Positions 23,072 to 33,135 of a stretch of 64,000 nt of DNA are shown in pieces; the stretch's first letter is position 1, and every line of letters begins with the position of its first letter. The DNA is from Escherichia coli (lineage in GTDB: Bacteria > Pseudomonadota > Gammaproteobacteria > Enterobacterales > Enterobacteriaceae): NCBI RefSeq assembly GCF_044324875.1, contig NZ_CP172185.1; one strand, written 5' to 3'. Below the pieces are notes generated by a model, which was not told the DNA's origin, searched no databases, and worked only from the letters and a program-made list of their open reading frames with translations. Position numbers and translations under genes: made by a program.

Positions 23072-24445
23072 TTATGCCCAGGCTCGTGGCTGAGTGATAC
23101 GTAAACCACTGACACAGGCAGCAATTACTGCCAGAATAGCCGCAGCCATCAGCGAGACGTGCGTACCATTATCACCAAACTGATTTAGCATCAGCGCCAC
23201 CAGCGCCGCGCCACTACTCTGACCCAATAGACGAGCCGTCCCTAACATGCCACTGGCCCCACCGCTACGTTCGCGCGGAGCGGAGGTTATAATGGTGTGG
23301 TTATTGGGTGACTGGAATAAGCCAAATCCAGCGCCACATAAGATCATCGGCCAGATAATATTGATATCCGCAGGTGACGCGGGCAGCAGAACCAGGGAAA
23401 AAAGCCCCGCAGCCATGATGAACAACCCTAAAGCACCCAGCAATCCTGCATGTACGCGTTCAATCAAATAGCCTGCCAGCGGAGCCATCACCATCGTTGC
23501 TAACGGCCACGGTGTCAGAAGTAAACCTGTTTCGACTTCACTACGCCCGAGCACGGTTTGCAGGTAAAAGGGCAGGGAAACCATTGCCAGCATTTGTGCG
23601 CAGAAAGAGCAAACAGATGTGCAAATAGAAAGTGAAAACAGCGGGATACGCAGTAAATCCACCGGTAGCAGCGGTACGGGAAGAGAAAGCTGGCGGCGAA
23701 TAAAGAAAATACCAACGACAACCATTACCACCAGTTCCGCACCAATCAATGTCAGCGATTGCCCCTGAGCGAAACCACTCAACGCAGTGATAAGCAGGCC
23801 GAAGGTTAACGCGTTCATCACGGCGCTGGGCAGGTCGAAACGGGGTTTACTGGCGCGAGAACCATTGGGTGGCAGAAAACGCATTGCCAGAAGCAGGGCG
23901 ATAATACCCAACGGTACGTTGATTAAAAATAACCATTTCCAGGATGCGATGGAGAGGATTGCTGCAGCAATTGTCGGCCCGGCAGCAGAAGAAACGGCAA
24001 CAATAAACGAGTTTATGCCCATCCCTCTACCCAGAAAACGTTGTGGATAGATCAGGCGGATAAGTGCGGTATTAACGCTCATCAACGCTGCACCGCCGAA
24101 ACCTTGTATGACACGCGCAAGGGTGAGCATTTGCAGCGAATCAGAAAGGGCGCAGAACAGTGAAGACAACAGAAAAACGACCAGACCGCATTTATAAATA
24201 CGTCGATAGCCAAACATATCGCCCAGAAACGAAAACGAGAGCAGGGAGATGACAATGGCGATTTGATAGGCGTTCACTACCCAGATGGAACTGGCTGGCG
24301 TGGCATGAAGGTCCGTGGCGATTGTTGGCAGGGCGACGTTGGCGATTGCGCCGTCAAGGACAGCCATCGAAATACCAATCACAATGGTTAATATCGCACC
24401 GTATCGCTGGGGCAATGGCAGGCCGTCGGCCTGAACTTTTGGCAT
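23072..24445 (-). CDS. yebQ: MFS transporter YebQ
   Basis: 457 aa from MPKVQADGLPLPQRYGAILTIVIG; 14-TM drug/H+ antiporter-like. The ORF track extends 37 codons upstream. Confidence 0.85.
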   Translation of the reverse strand: MPKVQADGLPLPQRYGAILTIVIGISMAVLDGAIANVALPTIATDLHATPASSIWVVNAYQIAIVISLLSFSFLGDMFGYRRIYKCGLVVFLLSSLFCALSDSLQMLTLARVIQGFGGAALMSVNTALIRLIYPQRFLGRGMGINSFIVAVSSAAGPTIAAAILSIASWKWLFLINVPLGIIALLLAMRFLPPNGSRASKPRFDLPSAVMNALTFGLLITALSGFAQGQSLTLIGAELVVMVVVGIFFIRRQLSLPVPLLPVDLLRIPLFSLSICTSVCSFCAQMLAMVSLPFYLQTVLGRSEVETGLLLTPWPLATMVMAPLAGYLIERVHAGLLGALGLFIMAAGLFSLVLLPASPADINIIWPMILCGAGFGLFQSPNNHTIITSAPRERSGGASGMLGTARLLGQSSGAALVALMLNQFGDNGTHVSLMAAAILAVIAACVSGLRITQPRAWA

Positions 24446-24621
24446 AGGAATTTTATATCTTTGGTGAATAATCAACAGGGGTATGATTCTAGCACTGATA
24501 TTCACGGTGGATGTCGCAGAATTGTAACTAACCGGCAAAAGATGGATTGCGACCACCCAGGTGCGAAATTATAATAAAAAACAGTTCTGATTTTTATAAA
24601 ACACTCGCAATGAGGTGATAA

Positions 24622-25413
24622 ATGGCTAACGCAGATCTGGATAAACAGCCTGATTCTGTATCTTCCGTGCTAAAAGTTTTTGGCATTTTGCAGGCGCTGG
24701 GTGAAGAGCGCGAAATAGGGATAACCGAGCTGTCGCAGCGCGTCATGATGTCAAAAAGCACCGTTTATCGCTTTTTACAGACCATGAAAACCTTAGGTTA
24801 TGTGGCGCAGGAAGGGGAGTCGGAGAAATATTCCCTGACCCTGAAATTGTTTGAACTGGGCGCTCGCGCGTTACAAAACGTCGATTTAATTCGTAGCGCA
24901 GATATCCAGATGCGTGAGATCTCCCGCCTGACCAAAGAAACTATCCACCTCGGCGCACTGGACGAAGACAGTATTGTTTACATTCACAAAATTGACTCTA
25001 TGTACAATTTGCGCATGTATTCACGGATTGGGCGTCGTAATCCGCTGTACAGCACCGCGATTGGTAAGGTACTGCTGGCATGGCGCGATCGCGATGAAGT
25101 GAAGCAAATTCTTGAGGGCGTGGAGTATAAACGCAGTACCGAGCGGACCATCACCAGTACAGAAGCGTTATTACCCGTTCTGGACCAGGTGCGTGAGCAG
25201 GGGTATGGCGAAGATAACGAAGAGCAGGAAGAAGGACTGCGTTGCATTGCGGTTCCGGTATTTGATCGCTTTGGCGTGGTCATTGCCGGTCTTAGCATCT
25301 CCTTCCCGACGTTGCGTTTCTCTGAAGAGCGTTTACAGGAATATGTCGCAATGTTGCATACCGCGGCGCGCAAAATTTCTGCCCAAATGGGTTATCACGA
25401 CTATCCATTCTGA
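24622..25413 (+). CDS. kdgR: IclR-family repressor of 2-keto-3-deoxygluconate/pectin catabolism
   Basis: 263 aa; IclR helix-turn-helix near the N-terminus. Confidence 0.92.
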   Translation: MANADLDKQPDSVSSVLKVFGILQALGEEREIGITELSQRVMMSKSTVYRFLQTMKTLGYVAQEGESEKYSLTLKLFELGARALQNVDLIRSADIQMREISRLTKETIHLGALDEDSIVYIHKIDSMYNLRMYSRIGRRNPLYSTAIGKVLLAWRDRDEVKQILEGVEYKRSTERTITSTEALLPVLDQVREQGYGEDNEEQEEGLRCIAVPVFDRFGVVIAGLSISFPTLRFSEERLQEYVAMLHTAARKISAQMGYHDYPF

Positions 25414-25556
25414 TGAGAGTAAGAACCTGTCTGAATATCAAACAGACAGGTTCTTTATTGAGCATGAGAAAAATAAAGTTGAAGGTGGCGTTATATTAAA
25501 CGCACTTGCGATAAGAATATTTTACTCATGAGTGAGAATCTGGTTATTTATTACCC

Positions 25557-25796
25557 TTAACCATTATCGACCACAATATTGCTTTTACGTAACAACGGGC
25601 AATCTGTTATCCCCAGAAAACCACTTTTAGTGTGCAGGTATTGTACCGTGCTGGTGCCTCTGGCGGTCAGATAGGTACATTGCAAACCTAATCCCGCGGC
25701 ATTCTCTTTGCTTCCAATCAAAACGCCATATCCGCTGAGTAATAATCCTATCCATACCAGTGCTATCAGCATAACTGTGCGAATGATGAATCGCAT
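25557..25796 (-). CDS. yobH: Small membrane/exported protein YobH
   Basis: 79 aa beginning MRFIIRTVMLIALVWIGLLLSGYGVLIG. Confidence 0.75.
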   Translation of the reverse strand: MRFIIRTVMLIALVWIGLLLSGYGVLIGSKENAAGLGLQCTYLTARGTSTVQYLHTKSGFLGITDCPLLRKSNIVVDNG

Positions 25797-25954
25797 TACA
25801 ACCTCTTCTCTTTTTATGTTCGCTTAATCGTAGCGGCAATATGCGCTGAAGCAAGCGACTCATTCTGAAAAAGCACGAATATCGACATAGTTAGGCGCTG
25901 TTTAACTAACGCATGCTAGTTTAATGACATAAGGTAGGTGAAACGGAGATTGGA

Positions 25955-26098
25955 GTGAAAAAGTTTCGATGGGTCGTTCTGGTTGTCGTGGTGTTGGCTT
26001 GCTTGCTGCTTTGGGCGCAGGTATTCAACATGATGTGCGATCAGGATGTACAATTTTTCAGCGGAATTTGTGCCATTAACCAGTTTATCCCGTGGTGA
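25955..26098 (+). CDS. mgrB: PhoQ-inhibiting small membrane protein MgrB (47 aa; below the ORF-track length cutoff)
   Basis: GTG start preceded by GGAG; translation [47 protein letters not shown] read directly from the sequence. Confidence 0.8.
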
Positions 26099-26172
26099 TA
26101 TCATTTTTTCAGCACTAGATTTTCTTCCTCTCCAGCAGTGGTAGAATAGCGCCTCTACTCAGAGGTGGTGAA

Positions 26173-26460
26173 ATGAACGAAGTTGTAAATTCAGGCGTGA
26201 TGAACATTGCGTCTTTGGTTGTATCGGTGGTGGTTCTTTTTATCGGGCTTATCTTGTGGTTTTTTATCAATCGTGCCAGTTCACGGACTAACGAACAGAT
26301 TGAACTGCTTGAGGCGTTGCTGGATCAGCAAAAACGTCAAAATGCTCTGTTACGTCGTTTGTGCGAAGCAAACGAACCTGAGAAAGCAGATAAAAAGACC
26401 GTTGAGAGTCAAAAATCGGTTGAAGACGAAGATATTATTCGTCTGGTCGCCGAACGATAA
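26173..26460 (+). CDS. yebO: Small membrane protein YebO
   Basis: 95 aa beginning MNEVVNSGVMNIASLVVSVVVLFIGLILWFF; followed by terminator hairpin gagtaaccc...gggttactc at 26476-26503. Confidence 0.8.
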   Translation: MNEVVNSGVMNIASLVVSVVVLFIGLILWFFINRASSRTNEQIELLEALLDQQKRQNALLRRLCEANEPEKADKKTVESQKSVEDEDIIRLVAER

Positions 26461-27129
26461 TCCTTCCTCAATCTTGAGTAACCCCGTCGTTGAAGGGTTA
26501 CTCAATTCATCCTGATTATACGCACTGTCATGGTGCAACTGCTTCAAATTAAAACTCTGGTCTGACTTCAAATAATTATCATATTATTTATTTGCGTAAC
26601 GGGATATCAGAAAAAGATATTTAGCCCATTAATTTATTAGGATGTTTACATCGGATTTGTGATTAAGCGTGGTATTATTTATTAGCGAAACGTTTCTCTC
26701 TTGATTTTTTTGCGCATTTATCAATTTTTCTTATTTTAAATTTACAATACCTTTGGCGATTGACTTCTCTTTGGGGTGATCTATAGCCGTTAACTGACTG
26801 TTTTATGAGAAAAAGTGATATAACTTTTTATTCATTGCATAGCAGAAAATGTGATATTGCACGCACTATGTAATAACTTCTCCCACTGGCCTGGAACAAC
26901 TGAACTTATTGAACTATGTTAGAAAATACGTCAGTTTAAGTATCTGCCTGAACTGGCAAGGTTAAGCACAATGATATATCGGCGCGTATTCCGTTGCATA
27001 AGTGTGCAAAAAAAGTGGAAGACGTATCGAGATTTGTGCGTCTGATCGAGACATGTTTAAAAATGGCTTGCCATAATTAACGTTGTATGTGATAACAGAT
27101 TTCGGGTTAAACGAGGTACAGTTCTGTTT

Positions 27130-27273
27130 ATGTGTGGCATTTTCAGTAAAGAAGTCCTGAGTAAACACGTTGACGTTGAATACCGCTTCTCTGCCGAGCC
27201 TTATATTGGTGCCTCATGCAGTAATGTGTCAGTTTTATCTATGTTATGCCTGCGGGCGAAGAAAACAATCTAA
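27130..27273 (+). CDS. yobF: Small protein YobF (47 aa; missed by the ORF track)
   Basis: ATG at 27130; translation [47 protein letters not shown]; ends 12 bp before cspC. Confidence 0.75.
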
Positions 27274-27285
27274 GGAATTTTTCAA

Positions 27286-27495
27286 ATGGCAAAGATTAAA
27301 GGTCAGGTTAAGTGGTTCAACGAGTCTAAAGGTTTTGGCTTCATTACTCCGGCTGATGGCAGCAAAGACGTGTTCGTACACTTCTCTGCTATCCAGGGTA
27401 ATGGCTTCAAAACTCTGGCTGAAGGTCAGAACGTTGAGTTCGAAATTCAGGACGGTCAGAAAGGTCCGGCAGCTGTTAACGTAACAGCTATCTGA
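27286..27495 (+). CDS. cspC: Cold-shock-domain protein CspC
   Basis: 69 aa [40 protein letters not shown]1/RNP2 motifs. Confidence 0.93.
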
Positions 27496-27660
27496 TCGAA
27501 TCCACTGATCTGAAGTGTGAATACGCTTCAATCTCGCTATAAAGCCTCGTCGAATGCGAGGCTTTTTACTTTGCTTTATCTTCGCTCCAGTCGTTCGGAT
27601 ATTTGCCCGCCGCGTGATTCGCGTTACACTTGCGGCCTTTAGTGTCCTGCCGGAGTTGTC

Positions 27661-28470
27661 ATGTCGTTTTCCTGTCCACTTTGCCATCAGCCTCTTTCGC
27701 GTGAAAAAAACAGCTATATCTGTCCCCAGCGACATCAGTTTGATATGGCGAAAGAAGGGTATGTCAATCTGCTGCCCGTTCAGCATAAACGGTCTCGTGA
27801 TCCGGGGGACAGCGCGGAAATGATGCAAGCACGCCGCGCATTCTTAGATGCCGGACATTATCAGCCGCTGCGTGATGCAATTGTCGCTCAACTGCGGGAA
27901 CGGCTTGATGAAAAGGCCACAGCGGTGCTGGATATTGGCTGTGGTGAAGGGTATTACACACACGCATTTGCCGATGCGCTGCCCGAAATCACCACGTTTG
28001 GCCTGGATGTCTCGAAGGTAGCGATAAAAGCGGCGGCGAAACGCTATCCGCAGGTCACTTTTTGTGTTGCTTCCAGCCACCGTTTGCCGTTTTCCGATAC
28101 CAGTATGGACGCCATAATACGTATTTACGCGCCGTGTAAAGCAGAAGAATTAGCGCGAGTAGTGAAGCCTGGCGGTTGGGTCATTACTGCCACGCCGGGA
28201 CCGCGACATTTGATGGAGCTGAAGGGGCTGATTTACAATGAAGTACATCTTCATGCACCACATGCAGAACAACTGGAAGGTTTTACATTACAGCAGAGTG
28301 ATGAGTTGTGTTATCCGATGCGTCTTCGCGGTGATGAAGCCGTCGCATTATTGCAGATGACGCCGTTTGCCTGGCGTGCGAAGCCAGAAGTCTGGCAAAC
28401 ACTGGCAGCAAAAGAAGTGTTCGACTGCCAGACGGACTTTAATATTCACCTCTGGCAGCGTTCTTATTAA
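27661..28470 (+). CDS. rlmA: 23S rRNA m1G745 methyltransferase
   Basis: 269 aa; N-terminal Cys4 zinc-binding motif (CPLCHQ...CPQRH) and SAM-binding DIGCGEGYY. Confidence 0.9.
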   Translation: MSFSCPLCHQPLSREKNSYICPQRHQFDMAKEGYVNLLPVQHKRSRDPGDSAEMMQARRAFLDAGHYQPLRDAIVAQLRERLDEKATAVLDIGCGEGYYTHAFADALPEITTFGLDVSKVAIKAAAKRYPQVTFCVASSHRLPFSDTSMDAIIRIYAPCKAEELARVVKPGGWVITATPGPRHLMELKGLIYNEVHLHAPHAEQLEGFTLQQSDELCYPMRLRGDEAVALLQMTPFAWRAKPEVWQTLAAKEVFDCQTDFNIHLWQRSY

Positions 28471-29033
28471 CCGTGGAAGTGCGTCCAGAGGATCTGGACG
28501 CCGATGCCGATCAGCACCAGCCCGCCGAGAATTTCCGCTTTTTTCCCAATAATTGAGCCGATAAAGCGACCAACCATCATCCCTAATGTCGACATAATCA
28601 AGGTTGCACAACCAATGGCCAATGCGGTCGCGATAATGTTGACCTGAAGGAAAGCAAGACCAACACCCACAGCCATGGCATCCAGGCTGGTGGCAATCGC
28701 GGTGGTTACCAGTAGCCAGAAACCGTGCCGACGGCGCGGCTCTTCATCTTCATCATCAGCGCCACGAAAACCCTCAATAATCATTCGCCCGCCGAGGAAT
28801 ATCAGCAGCACAAACGCAATCCAGTGGTTCCATTCAAGGACAAACCGGCTGGCTAACATGCCCATTCCCCAGCCGATCAGCGGCGTCAGGGTTTCGACAG
28901 CACCAAAAATAAGGCCGGTTCGCAACGCTTCAGAAAATTTCGGTTTATGGAGGGTGGCACCTTTACCGATTGATGCAGCAAATGCATCCATCGACATACC
29001 AAACGCAAGAAGAATAGTAGCAGTGATATTCAT
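28467..29033 (-). CDS. mntP: Manganese efflux pump MntP
   Basis: 188 aa from [21 protein letters not shown]; the ORF track extends 18 codons upstream. Confidence 0.88.
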   Translation of the reverse strand: MNITATILLAFGMSMDAFAASIGKGATLHKPKFSEALRTGLIFGAVETLTPLIGWGMGMLASRFVLEWNHWIAFVLLIFLGGRMIIEGFRGADDEDEEPRRRHGFWLLVTTAIATSLDAMAVGVGLAFLQVNIIATALAIGCATLIMSTLGMMVGRFIGSIIGKKAEILGGLVLIGIGVQILWTHFHG

Positions 29034-29089
29034 GACAACGTCCTGACCGGGGTATCCATAAAACACATCATCGCCCCCAGCAAACATGC

Positions 29090-29265
29090 ATACATGAACG
29101 ACAAACCGCGATGGTTTTCGCGTTCATGCAGGCATAGCGATTGATGTGCATATGGTCTCGCCTGACTGAAAGTGTTCAGTCCGTACGTGCCACGTTTTGC
29201 AACGAGTATGTTGACACGTACATTTCCGGAATCTGGAAATCGGCTACTCCCCAAATGAGGGCGCA
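29090..29265 (-). promoter_or_regulatory. Candidate yybP-ykoY Mn2+ riboswitch in the mntP 5' leader (boundaries approximate)
   Basis: Minus-strand leader contains GGGGAGUAGCC and other structured, GC-rich conserved-looking segments between a promoter-like region and the mntP start; a spurious 81 aa ORF in the track covers it. Confidence 0.55.
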
Positions 29266-29461
29266 ACCTTAACATATTTTGAGAATATAAAACAACTGTT
29301 GGAATATATTATTTCATTGCTTTATTGATAACGATTTTCATTTAGATTTATATATCAATGAAACGTTAAAATAAATAACAAATAAGGGAAGGGGTAATAT
29401 AGCCTAAGCTATGTCTGATTATTAAAAATACACTAAACATAGCTTTGGCTAAATTGATAAC

Positions 29462-29920
29462 TTATTGAGTTGAAACGAGAAGCTTATAAATTTTTTCCAG
29501 ATCGTCGATATTTCGAACGCGGATTAACAGCCGACGCTGTTCTAATTGCATCACCAACACGCCATCTTCCGACAAGTTCATCGCTTTGATTCGGCTATAT
29601 TCAATCCAGACATTGGCGAAGAAAAAACCTTTTTGTTTAAAGATGATCTTCGGAACGCGGATCCAGAATATATAAAAACCCATCAGAGCCAGTGCACTTA
29701 ATAACCATGTTGTTATTAGCGCGCCATGATTCGTGACGTTGTTATAGATAAGAATGACAATCAATCCGACGAAGATAACGCTATCGATGCGACCACGCCG
29801 GAGCAAAGGAATTGCCAGCAGAGTGAGGCCGTTACGGCGGGGCATGATGAACTGATCGTAGATCGCGAAGGCCAGGAGTGCGGCGATGAAAAGAATCAGT
29901 ACCAGGTCCGTGATTGTCAT
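29462..29920 (-). CDS. yobD: Inner membrane protein YobD
   Basis: 152 aa membrane protein in the expected position. Confidence 0.8.
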   Translation of the reverse strand: MTITDLVLILFIAALLAFAIYDQFIMPRRNGLTLLAIPLLRRGRIDSVIFVGLIVILIYNNVTNHGALITTWLLSALALMGFYIFWIRVPKIIFKQKGFFFANVWIEYSRIKAMNLSEDGVLVMQLEQRRLLIRVRNIDDLEKIYKLLVSTQ

Positions 29921-29974
29921 TAATCCTCCAGATAAAAAAACGGGGCCAAAAGGCCCCGGTAGTGTACAACAGTC

Positions 29975-30835
29975 TTACAGTCCCAGCAGGCCGCAAGCGT
30001 AACCAGCGATACCGATGACGAAGAAGCCAACGATGATCCACAGCGGGTTAACTTTTTTGCGCAGTAGCCACATACAAGCAAAGGTCAGCAGCAGTGGTAC
30101 CAGGCCTGGCATTAACTGGTCCAGAATAGTCTGGACAGTGGTAACGTGTTCTTTGCCCGTCTGGTCAGTAATGCGAGAGACCACCAGCGGGATGTTGACA
30201 TGTGTCCACTTGTTAACCAATGCCCCCATGACAAACAGGCCGAGGATAGACGCCCCTTCCGTCAGTTTTTGCAGGAAGCCACCACCCATATCTTTAACGA
30301 TATCGATACCTTTGGAGTAACCATACGCTACGCCGTAGTAACGGGTTGCCAGACGCACCAGGTTAAACAAGATGAAGAACAGCAGCGGACCTAACAGGCT
30401 GCCGCTCATTGCGATACCGGCACCCAGCGCTGCAAATACCGGACGTACGGTTCCCCAGAAGATCGGGTCGCCTACACCAGCCAGCGGCCCCATCAAACCG
30501 ACTTTGATACCGTTGATAGCACCGTCATCGATCTCTGCGCCATTAGCACGCTGTTCTTCCAGCGCCAGGGTTACGCCGAGAATCGGCGCAGCCACGAACG
30601 GCTGGGTGTTAAAGAACTCCAGGTGACGGCGAATAGCTTGTTTACGAGCTTCGTTGTTCTCAGGGTAGAGGCGACGAATTGCCGGTACCATAGAGAAGCA
30701 GAAACCCAGTGCCTGCATACGTTCGAAGTTCCATGAACCCTGGAAGAGGTTAGAACGCAGGAAGACGCCACGAATATCACTTTGAGTGAGTTTTTTCTCG
30801 GTGGTAGTTTGAGTTGTATCAACCATTTCGCTCAC
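29975..30835 (-). CDS. manZ: Mannose PTS enzyme IID
   Basis: 286 aa beginning MSEMVDTTQTTTEKKLTQSDIRGVFLRSNLFQGSWNFERMQA. Confidence 0.92.
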   Translation of the reverse strand: MSEMVDTTQTTTEKKLTQSDIRGVFLRSNLFQGSWNFERMQALGFCFSMVPAIRRLYPENNEARKQAIRRHLEFFNTQPFVAAPILGVTLALEEQRANGAEIDDGAINGIKVGLMGPLAGVGDPIFWGTVRPVFAALGAGIAMSGSLLGPLLFFILFNLVRLATRYYGVAYGYSKGIDIVKDMGGGFLQKLTEGASILGLFVMGALVNKWTHVNIPLVVSRITDQTGKEHVTTVQTILDQLMPGLVPLLLTFACMWLLRKKVNPLWIIVGFFVIGIAGYACGLLGL

Positions 30836-30838
30836 CTG

Positions 30839-31639
30839 TTAGTCCAGTTCGTTATCGAGATCGTTGTTACCAGCTGCCTGAGCAGGCGCACCGGCTACGC
30901 GGTTGTATTTCGGGCTAAGTTGGATGTAGAGGACTGCCATAACAGTACCAATCACACCCAGAGCAACCAGGTTAAAGTTGGTGAATGCTGCGGTTACGAA
31001 GCCGAGGTAGAAGAACGGCATCAGGTAGCCAGCACGCATCATGTTGATAACCATCGCATAACCAACCACCACGATCATGCCACCGGCGATATTCAGACCA
31101 TTGGTCACCACTTCCGGAATCGCGTTCAGCATGTTCTGTACTTCGCTGGTACCAACAGACAGCGCAACGATGACGGCCGGAATAGCCACACGCATTGCTT
31201 GCAGGAACAGAGAAGAAACGTGGATCCAGGAAATCGCTGTCAGGTTGCCGTTATCAGCAGCCTTATCCGCAGCGTGCTGGAAAGCAACGGTAATAGTACG
31301 AACGATGATGGTCAGTACCTGGCCCGCAGCGGCCAGAGGGATTGCCAGTGCAATACCTGCACCAATGCTCTGATGACCTGCGATAACCAGAATGGTAGAA
31401 ATGATGGAAGCCAGAGCGGCGTCAGGCGCAACTGCAGCACCGATGTTCATCCAGCCCAGCGCGATCATTTCCAGCGTACCACCGATAATAATACCGGTTT
31501 TCATATCGCCAAGAACGATACCCACCAGGGTACACGCGATTAGCGGACGGTGAAACTGAAATTCATCGAGGATTGATCCCATACCTGCGATACAGGCTAC
31601 GATAAATACCAGCACAATTTGAAGAGTGGTAATCTCCAT
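30839..31639 (-). CDS. manY: Mannose PTS enzyme IIC
   Basis: 266 aa polytopic membrane protein. Confidence 0.92.
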   Translation of the reverse strand: MEITTLQIVLVFIVACIAGMGSILDEFQFHRPLIACTLVGIVLGDMKTGIIIGGTLEMIALGWMNIGAAVAPDAALASIISTILVIAGHQSIGAGIALAIPLAAAGQVLTIIVRTITVAFQHAADKAADNGNLTAISWIHVSSLFLQAMRVAIPAVIVALSVGTSEVQNMLNAIPEVVTNGLNIAGGMIVVVGYAMVINMMRAGYLMPFFYLGFVTAAFTNFNLVALGVIGTVMAVLYIQLSPKYNRVAGAPAQAAGNNDLDNELD

Positions 31640-31701
31640 TGTACTTCTCCTGTTTACGTAAGACTAAAGTGTGAAAACTGAGTGATAATCAACACAATAC
31701 G

Positions 31702-32673
31702 TTACTTATCGATTTTGCTGATCAGATCCATCATTTTCAGTTTCGGATCGGTGGAAACCTTACGGACTTCCAGCTCAATACCGCGCGCATTCAGTTTCTT
31801 GAACGCCTCGATATCTTTTTCATCAACCGAAACCGCGTTATTCACCTGGGTTTTACCCTGACGGAATGCCATACCACCGACGTTAACAGAGGTGATTTTC
31901 ACGCCGCCTTCAACGAGACGCTCTACATCTGTTGGATTGGTAAATAACAGCATTACGCGTTCGCCAGCATATTTCGGGTTGTTGTAGACGCGAATCATTT
32001 TGGCAACATCAACTACGTGTGCTGTTACGCCCGGAGGTGCAACCTGGGTGAGCAGTGTCTTACGAACGGTATCCGCAGCCACTTCATCACTAACAACAAT
32101 AATACGGGAGACATTGGTTTCTTTGGTCCAGCGGGTGGCGACCTGACCGTGAATCAGACGGTCGTCGATACGCGCAAGGCCAATAACCATGTAGTCGTTT
32201 GGTCCCATTGGTTTTGCCGGAGTTGGAGCCGCTTTTGGTGCTGCGGCAGCGGGTGCTGGCGCGGCTTTTTCAACCGGTTTGGCTTTCAGTGCTTTCACGC
32301 CTTCACGGCCTGTTTCTACTGCCAGCGCCACCAGTTCATCAAAGCTTGGGTCATCATCACGGGCCATTAACGTTTCCACGAGCATTGGAATGTTAACGCC
32401 TGCAATGACTTCATAATGCTCTTTGTCGACGACAATGCGGCTGGCAGCATTGAACGGGCTGCCTCCCCATGTATCAACGAGAAACAGCACGCCTTTAGTG
32501 GTGTCGAGTTTTGCCAACTGAGCGTTGTACTTTTCAATCAGCGTTTCGGCATTTTCACCTGGAACGAAATCGATCCAGCCGACGTTTTCCTGCTCGCCTA
32601 ACAGCATTTCTGCGGTTTTAAGCAACTGCTCTGCAGCCCAACCATGTGTGCCTATAACAATAGCAATGGTCAC
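31702..32673 (-). CDS. manX: Mannose PTS enzyme IIAB
   Basis: 323 aa; IIA and IIB domains joined by an Ala/Pro-rich linker (KAAPAPAAAAPKAAPTPAKP). Confidence 0.92.
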   Translation of the reverse strand: MTIAIVIGTHGWAAEQLLKTAEMLLGEQENVGWIDFVPGENAETLIEKYNAQLAKLDTTKGVLFLVDTWGGSPFNAASRIVVDKEHYEVIAGVNIPMLVETLMARDDDPSFDELVALAVETGREGVKALKAKPVEKAAPAPAAAAPKAAPTPAKPMGPNDYMVIGLARIDDRLIHGQVATRWTKETNVSRIIVVSDEVAADTVRKTLLTQVAPPGVTAHVVDVAKMIRVYNNPKYAGERVMLLFTNPTDVERLVEGGVKITSVNVGGMAFRQGKTQVNNAVSVDEKDIEAFKKLNARGIELEVRKVSTDPKLKMMDLISKIDK

Positions 32674-33135
32674 TTGCTACCTCCTTTATTATCGTTAACA
32701 CCTCAACGTGCCAGATGTATTTTTGAATCGTCGTCCACAATCGAATCGATTCAGATAAGGGCTACAACCAAAAACCCCTGCGTTTCGCGATTTATTTTAG
32801 ATATCGAAAAAATTATTTTATGTGATGAAGATCCGTAATTTAACTTTCGATTAGCAGAAATTTCGAAAGGTAAAATATCCTTGTCACATTCGTTTGCAAA
32901 GGAAGGTAAATCTTTGCCAAATCAGAGGCGTCTCTGATATGTTTAACTCCCGTTTAACAACCATGGAGTATAGGGCAGTAGCCCGCAGTATGGATCGTCA
33001 CCGACGTCATTTCAGCATCAGGCCTTTTAACGCCTGCCTTTCTGGCACTCTATGCCGCACCTTTCGTTTGCATTTTGTCGTTACGCCTGCATTATTTCTG
33101 GCGTCGAATAGCTATTCCTTAAGCAGGAGCTTGTC

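Noticed and set aside
27170-27484. 104 aa plus-strand ORF spanning yobF and cspC
   Set aside because: Out of frame with both; the real products (YobF 47 aa, CspC 69 aa) are recognisable.
29030-29275. 81 aa minus-strand ORF upstream of mntP
   Set aside because: Covers the structured mntP leader (candidate Mn riboswitch); no RBS; more plausibly non-coding RNA.
30782-31543. 253 aa plus-strand ORF
   Set aside because: Antisense to manZ/manY; His/Asn/Arg-rich low-complexity translation; no start context.
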